Assembly (NCBI GenBank): GCA_964371355.1
Contig: CAYJMG010000020.1
Span: 130-64,129, forward strand
Length of the DNA stretch: 64,000 nucleotides
Direction of reading: 5' to 3'
Source of the DNA: an uncultured Dehalococcoidia bacterium
Lineage (GTDB): Bacteria > Chloroflexota > Dehalococcoidia > DSTF01 > JACRBR01
Shown here: in pieces, positions 36,959 to 46,835 of the stretch
How the letters are laid out: each line of letters starts with the position of its first letter
Numbering within the stretch: position 1 is the first letter of the stretch
Notes under the pieces: model-generated
The model's input: the letters and a program-made list of their open reading frames with translations, nothing else
The model's database searches: none
What the model was told of the DNA's origin: nothing
Program-made: the position numbers and the translations under genes

Positions 36959-38337
36959 TGCTTCGACTCACAGCGGCAACGACACTGCTTACCACCATCC
37001 TCCTTGCTGCCTGTAGCGGCGGCGACGGCGGCGGCGGCTTCTCGGAGGACTGCCCCATCGGCCTGGCAGGCAAGGATGGACAGCCCACGCAGATCGTGTT
37101 CTGGCACGCCATGACCGCCGCGAATCGGGACACCATCGAAAGCCTGGTCGCCGAGTTCAACGCCTCGCAGGACGCCGTCGAGGTGCAGGCTGTCTTCCAG
37201 GGCACGTACGACGAAAATACCACGAAGTACTTCACCGCCCTGCGCGGCGGCGACTTGCCTGACATCATCCAGGTCGAGGACACCAGCGCGCAGCGGTTGA
37301 TCGACAGCCGCAGCGTCGCTCGCGCCCAGGACTGCGTCGATGCCGAGGGATACGACCTGTCCGACCACGTCGAGCGCGTCGTGGCCTACTACAGCATCAA
37401 CGGCGAGCTGTGGCCCTGGCCCTTCAACGTGTCCAACCCAGTCCTCTACTACAACAAGATCGCCTTCGAGAAGGCCGGCCTCGATCCCGAGAAGCCGCCC
37501 CGCACCCTCGACGAGCTACGCCAGTACTCCCAGCAGCTCGTCGATACCGGCGTCACCCGCCACGGCATCGCCCTCGAACTCGGCGGGTGGTTCTTCGAGC
37601 AGTGGCTCGCCAAGTCCGGCGCGCTGTTCGTCGACAACGACAACGGCCGCACCGCCCGTGCCGCCAGCGCCCTCTTTGACAATGACACCGGCCGCGAGCT
37701 GTTCCACTGGATCGATGATATGGTCGACGACGGCCTCGCCGTTAACATCGGCCGCAATCCGTCGGGCGCCGATGCGCTTCTCGCCGTCGGCAGTGGCGAT
37801 GCGGCCATGACGATCGCCACCTCCGCCGCCATGCGGTCCGTCTACGGTGTCCTCGAGAGCGGCCAGTTCCCCGACGTAAAGGTCGGTGTTGGCCCCATGC
37901 CGGGCCTCCTCGATCAGGATCTCGGTGGCGTGGAGGTCGGCGGCGGCGCCCTCTTCGTCATCAACCGTTCTCCCGCTGCCGAGCAGGAGGCGGCCCGCAT
38001 CTTCGCCAAGTGGCTGAACGAGCCGGAGCAGCAGGCGAAGTGGCACGTGGGCAGCGGCTACATCCCTATTCGGAGGTCGGCCGTCGATCTGCCCGCTGTC
38101 CAGTCGCTGTGGGCCGAGTCGCCGCAGTTCCGTGTCGCCTACGACCAGCTCCTCGCCGGCGAGACGAACGCCGCCAGCGCCGGCACCGTCCTCGGCCCCT
38201 ACGACGAAGTCCGCGAAGCCGTCGTGACGGCGCTCGAGGAGATGCTGCTCCAGGGCAAGGATCCGGATGCGGCGATCGCGGACGCTGCCCGGGCGGCCGA
38301 TGCCGCGATCGAGGAGTACAACGACCGGATTCGTTAG
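36955..38337 (+). CDS. extracellular solute-binding lipoprotein (family 1), copy 1
   Basis: ATGA-coupled start. MMLRLTAATTLLTTILLAACSGG lipoprotein signal. ...IVFWHAMTAANRDTIESLVAEFNASQ... is typical of CUT1 binding proteins. Confidence 0.85.
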   Translation: MMLRLTAATTLLTTILLAACSGGDGGGGFSEDCPIGLAGKDGQPTQIVFWHAMTAANRDTIESLVAEFNASQDAVEVQAVFQGTYDENTTKYFTALRGGDLPDIIQVEDTSAQRLIDSRSVARAQDCVDAEGYDLSDHVERVVAYYSINGELWPWPFNVSNPVLYYNKIAFEKAGLDPEKPPRTLDELRQYSQQLVDTGVTRHGIALELGGWFFEQWLAKSGALFVDNDNGRTARAASALFDNDTGRELFHWIDDMVDDGLAVNIGRNPSGADALLAVGSGDAAMTIATSAAMRSVYGVLESGQFPDVKVGVGPMPGLLDQDLGGVEVGGGALFVINRSPAAEQEAARIFAKWLNEPEQQAKWHVGSGYIPIRRSAVDLPAVQSLWAESPQFRVAYDQLLAGETNAASAGTVLGPYDEVREAVVTALEEMLLQGKDPDAAIADAARAADAAIEEYNDRIR

Positions 38338-38374
38338 CGGCGTCGTCGCGCCGCCGCGTGGAGGAGATAACATC

Positions 38375-39754
38375 GTGCGCACTGCACTCGCTGGACTGAC
38401 AACGCTTCTCGCACTCGCGGCGTTCGGCACTGCCTGCGGCGGCGGTGGCGGTGGTGGCGGGGAGCCGACGGCCGCCTGTCCCATCGGCCTCGTCGACCAG
38501 GCCGGAGGCGAGGTCAACATCGACTTCTGGTTCGCGGAGCAGGCCGCAAACCAGGACACGCTCCTCCGAATGGTCGATGAGTTCAACGCCTCCCAGGACA
38601 GGATCCACGTCAGCGCCGCATTCCAGGGCAGCTACGACGATGCCACCTCCAAGTATCTCGCCGCCCTCCGCGGCGGCGACCTCCCCGACATCGTCCAGGT
38701 CGTCGACTGGGAGACCCAGCGCGTCATCGACAGCCGAAGCGTCGTGAAGGTACAAGACTGCATCGACGAGGAGGACTACGACCTCAGCGACTACCTCCCC
38801 CGCGTCGTCGCCTACTGGAGCATCGGCGGAGAGCTGTACTCCTACCCGTTCACCGCCGCCGCCGACGTCCTCTACTACAACGCGCGAGCTTTCGAGAAGG
38901 CCGGGCTCGACCCCGCCGTACCGCCGAAGACGCTGGAGGATGTTCGTGCCTACTCCCGCCAGATCGTCGATACCGGTGCCGCCCGTCACGGCATCTCGGT
39001 CGAGATGCACTCGTGGTCCGTCGAGAACTGGCTCGCCAGGTTCGACCAGCCGATCGTCGACAACGACAACGGTCGCACCGCTCGCGCGACGCAGGCCGTG
39101 TTCGACAGCGACGCCGGGCGCGAACTCTTCACCTGGTTCGACTCCATGGTCGACCAGGGCCTCGCCATGAACGTCGGACGCAACCCCAGCGGCGCTGACA
39201 CGCTCTTGCCGATCGGCAGCGGCGATGCCGCCATGACCCACGGCAGCTCCGCCGCCATGCGTTCCGTCTACGGCGTCCTCGAGAGTGGCGAGTTCCCCGA
39301 CGTGAAGATAGCCGTCGCCCCCATGGCCGGCGGCGAGGGCGGCGTCGTGGTCGGGGGCGCTTCGCTGTTCATCGTGAACAAGTCGTCGCCCGTCGAGCAG
39401 GAGGCCGCCCGTATCTTCGCCCGCTGGCTCAACGAGCCTGAGCAGCAAGCCGAGTGGCACATCGGCAGCGGCTACATCCCGCTGCGCACCTCGGCGGCGG
39501 ACCTGCCTGCCATCAAAGACTTCTGGGCACAGAACCCGCAGTTCCGCGTCGCCTACGACGAGTTGTCGGGCGACAACGTCACCGTCGCGAACTCGGGCGC
39601 CGTCATCGGGCCGTTTGGTGAAGTGCGGCGGGCGATTGTCGAGGGCCTGGAGTCAATGCTGCTGCAGGGGACGGATCCGGCCACAGCACTGAGTAAGGCG
39701 GCGAAGGCCGCGACCGACGCAATCACCAGCTACAACGCGCGGATATCGGACTAG
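38375..39754 (+). CDS. extracellular solute-binding lipoprotein (family 1), copy 2 (tandem paralogue)
   Basis: GTG start 9 nt after GGAGGAG. VRTALAGLTTLLALAAFGTACGGG lipobox. Roughly two-thirds of residues are identical to copy 1 by eye (CPIGL..., DNDNGRTARA..., SAAMRSVYGVLESG.FPDVK...). Confidence 0.85.
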   Translation: MRTALAGLTTLLALAAFGTACGGGGGGGGEPTAACPIGLVDQAGGEVNIDFWFAEQAANQDTLLRMVDEFNASQDRIHVSAAFQGSYDDATSKYLAALRGGDLPDIVQVVDWETQRVIDSRSVVKVQDCIDEEDYDLSDYLPRVVAYWSIGGELYSYPFTAAADVLYYNARAFEKAGLDPAVPPKTLEDVRAYSRQIVDTGAARHGISVEMHSWSVENWLARFDQPIVDNDNGRTARATQAVFDSDAGRELFTWFDSMVDQGLAMNVGRNPSGADTLLPIGSGDAAMTHGSSAAMRSVYGVLESGEFPDVKIAVAPMAGGEGGVVVGGASLFIVNKSSPVEQEAARIFARWLNEPEQQAEWHIGSGYIPLRTSAADLPAIKDFWAQNPQFRVAYDELSGDNVTVANSGAVIGPFGEVRRAIVEGLESMLLQGTDPATALSKAAKAATDAITSYNARISD

Positions 39755-39853
39755 CCCGCGCCCGCTCGCCGCTGCCGTGCGCGGTGGCCTGGCACTTGCG
39801 GCGATAGCGAGGATCTCGCGGATCCCTCGCGCCCTAATGGTCGGGGAGCCGTC

Positions 39854-40072
39854 CTATCGCCGGTTGCCTCGGTTCGTCGGAGGGGGCAAATCCGGGTTCG
39901 TCGGTCCTGCCCGCAGCGTACGAAGCTGTTCCCACTTCGCCCGTGACTCCGTCTCCAGCGCCTTGATAGCCGCGCCGTCGTGGTATACCCCGGGCCCCCG
40001 AATCGCCCGAACGTGGTCCGCGATACGCCCAATATCATCCAGAAGCCGGCGCTCAGCTTCGTTTGTCACCAT
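39854..40072 (-). CDS. hypothetical small protein (72 aa)
   Basis: ORF with a possible GAGG RBS. No recognisable family. Codon third positions are less GC-biased than in neighbouring genes. Weak call. Confidence 0.3.
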   Translation of the reverse strand: MVTNEAERRLLDDIGRIADHVRAIRGPGVYHDGAAIKALETESRAKWEQLRTLRAGPTNPDLPPPTNRGNRR

Positions 40073-40207
40073 GAATGCCTCTACCTGCCTTCGGGAAGTT
40101 GGTGCTCTGCCGTGCACGAGATGACGCGTCGAGCTGCGTTGACCGCCCTAATCATAACTCATCGCGCCTCGCGGCCGGTCTCAGCCGCTTCTCCGGCGCC
40201 GGCCGAG

Positions 40208-41857
40208 CTAGCCCAGGAACTCGTACCCGCCCGACACGCCTTCCGGCTTCTGGTCGATGATCACGTTGACACACGCAGGCTTCCCGCTCGCGAACGCCCG
40301 CTCGATCGCCGGCGCTATGTCGTCCGGCCGCGTCACGAACTCGCCGTGCCCGCCCAGCGCCTCCACCACCCTGTCATAGCGTGCGTTGTCGCCCAGCCGC
40401 GTCGCCACCACACGGTCCTCGCCGTACATCTTCGCCTGCCCGACGATGATCTGGCCCCACTGCCGGTCGTTCCCAACCACCGCCACGACGGGCATGTTGA
40501 ACCGCACGAACGTATCGAAGTCGAACCCGTTCAGCCCGAACGATCCGTCGCCGTTTACCATCAGCACCCGCTTCCCGGGGTGCACTACGCTCGCCGCCAT
40601 GCAGAAGCCCGTCCCCACGCCCAGCGTCCCCAGCGGCCCCGGCCCCATGAACTGCGATGGGCGGTTCACCGGCAGCACCTGTGATGCCAGGCCCACGATG
40701 TCGCCGCCGTCGCCCACCACCGTCGTCTCGTCGTCCACGAACTTCGCAATCTCGTTGCACAGCCGCAGCGGGTGAATGGGATCCGCATCCGAGTGCAACC
40801 AGCGCTGTCGCAGCTCCACCACCTTCGTTTCGCCGTCGCGAAGCTTCGCTATCCACTCGTCGTGTCGGATCGCCGCTGTGCCGATCTCCGACCTGATCGC
40901 CTGCAACACGGCGCGCGGGTCGCCCTCGATGCCCACGTCCACGCCGCGATTTCGCCCGATCTCGTTCGGGTCGATGTCCACGGCGATTACCTTCGCCTGC
41001 GGCCCCACGCTCTTCCCGTATCGCAGCCGGAAGTCCATCATCGTCCCCGCGAACAGGATCACATCGGCCTCGCCGAACGCCGCCCGCCTGGTGCGCGACA
41101 TGAACTGCGGGTGCTCCTGGTGCACCATGCCGCGGCCCATGTCGTTCAGGTAGATTGGCGCCTGTACCTTCTCCGCGAGTTCGCGGAACGCCTCCCCCGC
41201 GTCCGACCAGTAGATACCCGTCCCGGCCATCACGGCCGGCCGTTCGGCGTTCGCCAGCAGCCCCGCAGCCTGTTTCACCAGCGCCGTATCGCCCGTGGTC
41301 CGCCCCTCCGTGCGGTAGTTCACCGGCCACTCGATGCTCTCCTCCTCCACGCGTCCGAACAGGATGTCCGACGGGATCTCGAGAAACACCGGCCCGAACC
41401 GCCCCGTCAGTGCCACTCGAAACGCCTGCGCCAGGTAATCCTGGATGCGGTTCGTGAACGGGATCGTCGCCGCCCATTTCGTGATCGGCCGCATCATGTC
41501 CACGGTCCCGGGGATCTCCTGCAGTGCACCCATCAGTGACGTGCGCAGCGGCGCCGCCCCGCCGATCACCAGCAGCGGGCTCGCGTTCTGGTACGCCGTC
41601 GCCACTGCCGTCACCGTGTCCGTCACGCCCGGACCGGCCGTGACGACGGCCACCCCGCACTTGCGCGTCAGCCTGCTATAGCCCTCCGCCGCGTGCCCCG
41701 CCGACTGCTCGTGCCGCGTGTCGATCACCCGGATGCCCTCGTCCAGGCACCCGTCGTAGATGTTCTGGATGTGCCCGCCGGACAGCGTGAAGATCGTGTC
41801 GATCCCCTCGCGCTTCAGCATGCGGGCGACGATGTCCCCTCCGTCGATCTGTGCCAT
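40208..41857 (-). CDS. thiamine-diphosphate-dependent enzyme (acetolactate synthase / oxalyl-CoA decarboxylase-like)
   Basis: N-terminal Pyr domain (GIDTIFTLSGGHIQNIYD...HEQSAGHAAEGYSRLT...VTAGPGVTD). C-terminal PP domain with the ThDP-binding motif (NGDGSFGLNGFDFDT...N). ATG at 41857 with a GGAG RBS. Confidence 0.9.
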   Translation of the reverse strand: MAQIDGGDIVARMLKREGIDTIFTLSGGHIQNIYDGCLDEGIRVIDTRHEQSAGHAAEGYSRLTRKCGVAVVTAGPGVTDTVTAVATAYQNASPLLVIGGAAPLRTSLMGALQEIPGTVDMMRPITKWAATIPFTNRIQDYLAQAFRVALTGRFGPVFLEIPSDILFGRVEEESIEWPVNYRTEGRTTGDTALVKQAAGLLANAERPAVMAGTGIYWSDAGEAFRELAEKVQAPIYLNDMGRGMVHQEHPQFMSRTRRAAFGEADVILFAGTMMDFRLRYGKSVGPQAKVIAVDIDPNEIGRNRGVDVGIEGDPRAVLQAIRSEIGTAAIRHDEWIAKLRDGETKVVELRQRWLHSDADPIHPLRLCNEIAKFVDDETTVVGDGGDIVGLASQVLPVNRPSQFMGPGPLGTLGVGTGFCMAASVVHPGKRVLMVNGDGSFGLNGFDFDTFVRFNMPVVAVVGNDRQWGQIIVGQAKMYGEDRVVATRLGDNARYDRVVEALGGHGEFVTRPDDIAPAIERAFASGKPACVNVIIDQKPEGVSGGYEFLG

Positions 41858-42110
41858 GGCGGTTACTCCTTCGGGATCAAGGCGGGATTGTGTGCGGGTA
41901 GCGCCCGTCACGGCCTGCGGATAGCGACATAAGGGTCGCGCGATTACGCTCGTTTGAATCTGCCCCGGTCGATTCTAGGCCCTCTCGTCGCTTCGAGCAC
42001 GGCCGCAGGCTGGCGGCCGGGTCGCCGGCCCCCCGTCCGGCCGCGATCCCCTAGGGGAGCCGTCAAGCTGTTACGCATCGCCGACGATAACTACCCAAGG
42101 GGCATTAGGT

Positions 42111-42611
42111 TTGAGCGAGCTTTTCCGCGACCCGCGGTACCTCCTGCCGCTGGCCATGCTGGTCGGCGTGATCATCATCTCCGCCGCGATGGGCGCTGGC
42201 CCCGCTGCCGTGGACTCCGCTGTGCCCGCCGTGCCTGGCATCCCCAGGGCCGGCTCCCCCACACCCACCCCGGATGTTTCGAACGACTACCGCCGTGCCA
42301 TCGACCTCGGCATCCTCCGCGAGGCGGCCGAATCCTTCCACCGCAAGAACGGCTCGTTCCCGAACACAAACAGCGCTGTCGTCGCGCTCTGCGTCGACGC
42401 CGTCGACGCCGGTTGCTCGCTGCGCGAGGCTCGGGGCCTCCCGTCAGGCGACGGCGAGTTCCCCTACTACTACGCGTCCGATGGCGCCACGTACGCCGTC
42501 TTCATTGCGCGCGCCGATTTCCTGAGTGACGCCACCGCGTGCTCGGTCACGTTGCCCTCTCATCTGAGAGACTACCCCGTCATGTGCTCGCGGGTGGAGG
42601 CGCTGCCATGA
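42111..42611 (+). CDS. hypothetical membrane-anchored protein with a pseudopilin-like globular segment
   Basis: TTG start. TM (LLPLAMLVGVIIISAAMG). The segment NDYRRAIDLGILREAAESFHRKNGSFPNTN resembles the helix plus n-G-x-(Y/F)-P signature of GspG/type IV pilin-like domains, but there is no prepilin cleavage motif. Confidence 0.45.
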   Translation: MSELFRDPRYLLPLAMLVGVIIISAAMGAGPAAVDSAVPAVPGIPRAGSPTPTPDVSNDYRRAIDLGILREAAESFHRKNGSFPNTNSAVVALCVDAVDAGCSLREARGLPSGDGEFPYYYASDGATYAVFIARADFLSDATACSVTLPSHLRDYPVMCSRVEALP

Positions 42612-43240
42612 ACCGCCTCGTCAACGCACGCCTGCTGGCCGCGCTTGCGCCGGCCCTCGCGCTGGGCACGATCGCCGTCGCCCTGGCCGAGAACGTCCAG
42701 CCCGCGGACTGGCGGTTTGTGCTGCTCTTCACGGCCGTTGGGGCTGTCGCCTCCGCCTCCTGGCGTGTGGGCGCCGCGGCCCTGGGCGGCACCATCACGC
42801 GCGCGCACGGCGTCCCCAACCGGCTCCGTATGGTCGCCCACAGCGAGCGGCGCGGCCCCGGGATCGACCACGACACACTGCTCCACGCCGACTGGTACTT
42901 CCGCCTGCGCATCGATGAGGAGATCGCCCGGTCGAACCGCTACGGCCAGCCGTTCACGCTCATCGACATCAGTTCACACTCGGCCGACGCTCTGGAAGCC
43001 GTCCGCACGCTAACGCGCGAATCCCTCCGCGACGTCGACTTCGCCGGCGATCTCGGCCAGAAGGTCGCGGTGTGCCTGCCCAACACCAGCCGCAGCGGTG
43101 CGTGGACGGTCGTGGCTCGCCTCACCGAGGTGGTGAAGGGCGTGGATATCCGGCTCTCGGAGTTCCCCATCGACGGCGTCACCAGTGCCGCGCTGCTGGG
43201 CGAAGGTTCACCAGTGGGCATTCGTGACTTCGCCGCGTGA
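42608..43240 (+). CDS. membrane protein with a degenerate GGDEF-like domain
   Basis: ATGA-coupled to the previous ORF. Two TM segments, then HADWYFRLRIDEEIARSNRYGQPFTLIDI...RDVDFAGDLGQKVAVCLPNTS. This aligns by eye to the start of GGDEF domains, but DLGQK stands in place of GG(D/E)EF. Confidence 0.5.
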   Translation: MNRLVNARLLAALAPALALGTIAVALAENVQPADWRFVLLFTAVGAVASASWRVGAAALGGTITRAHGVPNRLRMVAHSERRGPGIDHDTLLHADWYFRLRIDEEIARSNRYGQPFTLIDISSHSADALEAVRTLTRESLRDVDFAGDLGQKVAVCLPNTSRSGAWTVVARLTEVVKGVDIRLSEFPIDGVTSAALLGEGSPVGIRDFAA

Positions 43241-43255
43241 CCGTCACCGGACAGC

Positions 43256-44209
43256 TCAGGCCACCCCTGACAGCGCCGGCTCCGGGATCGTTACGCTGTA
43301 GAGGTCCGATAGCAGCGTGAAGAACGCCACCACAGCGCGTGTGTGCTTCCGGTTCTTCCGGAAGATCAGCGAGATCTGGCGCCGCGGCATCGAGGCGTTG
43401 CTGATGCCCACTGCCGCCAGCGTCCCCTGCTCGAACTCACGCTCGGTCGAGACCTTTGGGACCATGGCGACCCCCAGCCCCTCCTCGACCATCTTCTTCG
43501 TCGCCTCGATCGTGTCCAGCTCCATCAGCGTGTGGGGCACGATCCCGTGCTGGCGGAACACCCCCTGAATGAGCTGGTTGTAGCTCGACCCCTTGTCGTA
43601 CAGGATCAGCGGCTCCCGCCCTACGTCCTCGATCGTCGCCTGCCGGTTCCGCGCCAGCCTGTGCCCCGGCGATGCAACCAGCACCAGGTCGTCCTCGTAC
43701 AGCGGCACCGTCGTGACCTCCGGATGGTGCACCGTGCGCTCAAGCGCGCAGTGCACGTCGTCGTTCAACACCATCTGCAGCACCTGCTCGGAGCGCCCCG
43801 TGTGCACGCTCACTTCCACGCCCGGATACGTGGAGCAGTACTTCCGCAGGATCTTCGGCAATACATACGTGCTCACGGTCAGCGCGCTCCCGAGCTTCAG
43901 CGCACCGATATCGAGGTTCCGCATCCCCTCGATCGCGTCGCGTCCTTCCTGCAGCGCCTTCAGCGCGCGCCGCGCGTAGGGGAGGAAGGCCGAGCCCATC
44001 TCTGTCAGCCGCACGCCACGGCCGTTACGTTCGAACAACGCCTCGCCCAGGTCGCGTTCCAGCGATTGGATCCGCGCCGTGACCGATGGCTGCGTGAGGA
44101 ACAGTGAGTCAGCCGCCTTGCTGAAGGAACGGTGTTGGGCGACTTGTACAAACGCCTCGATCTGTCCGAGGTCCAAGACGTTGCCCCTGGTGCCGGGCCG
44201 CTGGCCCAA
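43256..44209 (-). CDS. LysR-family transcriptional regulator
   Basis: N-terminal HTH (LGQIEAFVQVAQHRSFSKAADSLFLTQPSVTARIQSLERDLG) and a LysR substrate-binding domain. The start is uncertain, with alternative TTG codons at 44209 and 44176. Confidence 0.9.
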   Translation of the reverse strand: MGQRPGTRGNVLDLGQIEAFVQVAQHRSFSKAADSLFLTQPSVTARIQSLERDLGEALFERNGRGVRLTEMGSAFLPYARRALKALQEGRDAIEGMRNLDIGALKLGSALTVSTYVLPKILRKYCSTYPGVEVSVHTGRSEQVLQMVLNDDVHCALERTVHHPEVTTVPLYEDDLVLVASPGHRLARNRQATIEDVGREPLILYDKGSSYNQLIQGVFRQHGIVPHTLMELDTIEATKKMVEEGLGVAMVPKVSTEREFEQGTLAAVGISNASMPRRQISLIFRKNRKHTRAVVAFFTLLSDLYSVTIPEPALSGVA

Positions 44210-44305
44210 AGACGGCGCGGCCCGTTAGTTGGCCCGCCGCGCCGGTATTGATCGCGTCTATGAGGCTCGTAGTGTCGCACCGCACGGCGTCGATTGCAAG
44301 AGGGA

Positions 44306-44821
44306 TCACCGGATTCCGGAATCAAACTGGACGACGACCTCGGTTAGCTCCCCGGCCCGCACCTCCACCACCTGATCGGTGGCGCTCGGCGGAGTCGTCG
44401 CCGTCACCGGGTGCAGCGCGTATGTGCCTGGCGGGACCTCGACTTCGAACCGGCCGTCGGCCCCCGACCGTACCTCCGCCACCACATCCCCGCCTTCGTC
44501 CAGCACCTGTATCGTCGCCTCGTACGGCCGGTCCGGGCACGGGCTCTCCGGCTGCTCCACGGGGCACGTCGGCCCGATTGTCACCAGGCCCTTGATGCCC
44601 GACTTCGGTTCGACCGCCGGCGTGCCGGTCGCGCCCGGCGCCACGGTTGCCATCGTCGGCACAGCCGTCGTGCCGGCCGCCGGCGTGCTCGTCCCCAGCG
44701 GAGAGACCGCCACCGTCGGTGTGACGACGGCCCCCGTCGGCGTCGCCGTCGCGTCGCTGCCGCCGCATCCGGACGCCGAGACGAGGAACAGTCCCGAGGC
44801 GATCACCATCGCGAATCTCAT
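44306..44821 (-). CDS. lipoprotein with carboxypeptidase-regulatory-like (CarboxypepD_reg) domain
   Basis: ATG at 44821 with a GGAGGAG RBS. MRFAMVIASGLFLVSASGCGG lipobox. Thr/Pro/Ala linker, then GLVTIGP...VRSGADGRFEVEVPPGTYAL, typical of the beta-sandwich family. Confidence 0.65.
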   Translation of the reverse strand: MRFAMVIASGLFLVSASGCGGSDATATPTGAVVTPTVAVSPLGTSTPAAGTTAVPTMATVAPGATGTPAVEPKSGIKGLVTIGPTCPVEQPESPCPDRPYEATIQVLDEGGDVVAEVRSGADGRFEVEVPPGTYALHPVTATTPPSATDQVVEVRAGELTEVVVQFDSGIR

Positions 44822-44969
44822 GTACTCCTCCGACGCCGGCGGGCGGTCCGGGGTTCCCGGTAGCCGCAGCCCCATCCTGCCGATAGACTGCCACATCATG
44901 GGGCAGGCGCCCTTCGAAGAGTCGATGTGGTGACGCCTGCGAATGTCCAGCTCGGCCCGGGGAGCACGC

Positions 44970-46784
44970 ATGTACAAGACCGACTACTGCGGCGAGCTTC
45001 GCGCATCCGACGAGGGCCGGGACGTCGTCCTGGCCGGGTGGGTCCACCGCCGGCGCGATCACGGTGGCCTCATCTTCGTCGATCTCCGCGATAGCCGCGG
45101 CCTCGTGCAGGTCGTCTTCCACCCCGAACAGGCCGCAGCCCACGCCGTCGCCTCCGAGGCCCGGGGCGAGTTCGTCCTGCGTGTCACCGGCGCCGTCCAG
45201 CACCGCCGCGAGGGCACCGAGAACGCGAAGCTCCCCACCGGCCAGATCGAGGTCCGCGCCTCCGCCGCCGAGGTCCTGAACTCCGCGAAGACCCCGCCCT
45301 TCGAGATCAACGACGATGAAGCCGAGCCCGGTGAGATCGTCCGCCAGAAGTACCGCTACCTCGACCTCCGCCGCTCCCGAATGCACCGCAACATGGTCAT
45401 CCGTCACCAGGTCGTGAAGTACATCCGCGACTTCCTCACCGACCGCAACTTCCTCGAGATCGAGACGCCCGTCCTCGCCAACCCCACGCCCGAGGGCGCC
45501 CGCGACTACCTCGTGCCCAGCCGCAACTATCCGGGCAGCTTCTACGCACTCCCGCAGTCACCCCAGCAGTTCAAGCAACTCCTGATGGTTGCCGGCTTCG
45601 AACGCTACTTTCAGATCGCCCGCTGCTACCGCGACGAGGACCTCCGCGCCGACCGCCAACCCGAGTTCACCCAGCTCGACCTCGAGATGTCCTTCGTCGA
45701 GGCGGAGGACGTCATGGGATTGATGGAGGAACTCTACGCCGGCATCGGTGCGGCCGTCCGTCCCGACCTGAAGCTGCCGGTGCCGTTCCCCCGCCTCACC
45801 TACGCCGAGTCCATGCGGCGGTTCGGCACCGACAAGCCCGACCTCCGCTACGGCCTCGAGCTGATCGACTTCACGAATGCCGTGCGTGGCACCGAATTCA
45901 TCGTCTTTAAGTCAGCCGTAGATAGCGGCGGCGCAGTCGAGGGCATATGCGTCCCGGGGGGCGCCGCGTTCTCCCGCAAGGAGATCGACGCGCTGACCGA
46001 GACCGCGAAGGGTCTGGGCGCGAAGGGGCTCGTCTCCCTCGCCTTCACCGCCGACCCCGCGTCCGCCTCCGAAGAAGAGATGCGGTCGCCCGCCCTCAAG
46101 CACATCGGCCCGGAGATGGCGCGGTCCCTTGGCAAGATCGCGGGCGCAAATGCCGGCGACCTCGTGCTCATCGTGGCTGGCGCCGGCGGCGTGCCTGCGA
46201 AGGAGGCCGGCTCGGCAGCCCGCGTGAAGCCCGCCCTCGACGCCCTTCGGCGCACCCTCGCCACAAAGCTCAAGCTCGCCGACCCCGACACCCTCATGTT
46301 CGCCTTCCTCGTCGAGTTCCCCCTGTTCGAGTGGAGCGAGGAGGACGAGCGCTTCGAGGCGATGCACCACATGTTCACCGCGCCCCTCGACGAAGATATC
46401 GCCTTGCTGCGGAGCGATCCCGCCAACGCGCGAAGCAAGCACTACGACATCACCTGCAACGGCTGGGAGATCGGCAGCGGCAGCATCCGGATCCACAACC
46501 GCGAGATGCAGGAACAGGTGCTGCGCCTCCTCCGCATCAGCGACGAGGACGCCCGCCGCAAGTTCGGCCACATGCTGGAAGCCTTCGAGTACGGCGCGCC
46601 TCCTCACGGCGGGTTCGCCCCCGGCATCGACCGCACCGTCGCCCTCTTCGCCCAGGAGTCGGACATCCGCGATGTCATCGCCTTCCCGAAGACGAAGAGC
46701 GCGCAGGACCTCATGACGGGCGCTCCCCTGCCCGTCGACTCCACGGCGCTCGACGCCGTCGGGATCCAACTGAAGCCGGATTAG
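44970..46784 (+). CDS. aspS: aspartate--tRNA ligase
   Basis: MYKTDYCGELR...VVLAGWVHRRRDHGGLIFVDLRDSRG is the N-terminal OB fold. Class II motifs are present (FQIARCYRDEDLRADRQPEFTQLD; GGFAPGIDR), as is the bacterial insertion domain. Confidence 0.95.
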   Translation: MYKTDYCGELRASDEGRDVVLAGWVHRRRDHGGLIFVDLRDSRGLVQVVFHPEQAAAHAVASEARGEFVLRVTGAVQHRREGTENAKLPTGQIEVRASAAEVLNSAKTPPFEINDDEAEPGEIVRQKYRYLDLRRSRMHRNMVIRHQVVKYIRDFLTDRNFLEIETPVLANPTPEGARDYLVPSRNYPGSFYALPQSPQQFKQLLMVAGFERYFQIARCYRDEDLRADRQPEFTQLDLEMSFVEAEDVMGLMEELYAGIGAAVRPDLKLPVPFPRLTYAESMRRFGTDKPDLRYGLELIDFTNAVRGTEFIVFKSAVDSGGAVEGICVPGGAAFSRKEIDALTETAKGLGAKGLVSLAFTADPASASEEEMRSPALKHIGPEMARSLGKIAGANAGDLVLIVAGAGGVPAKEAGSAARVKPALDALRRTLATKLKLADPDTLMFAFLVEFPLFEWSEEDERFEAMHHMFTAPLDEDIALLRSDPANARSKHYDITCNGWEIGSGSIRIHNREMQEQVLRLLRISDEDARRKFGHMLEAFEYGAPPHGGFAPGIDRTVALFAQESDIRDVIAFPKTKSAQDLMTGAPLPVDSTALDAVGIQLKPD

Positions 46785-46835
46785 GTAGGGGTTGGCTGTT
46801 CGCTCTTTGCAGAGGCCTCTCGTCGCTACGTTCAC

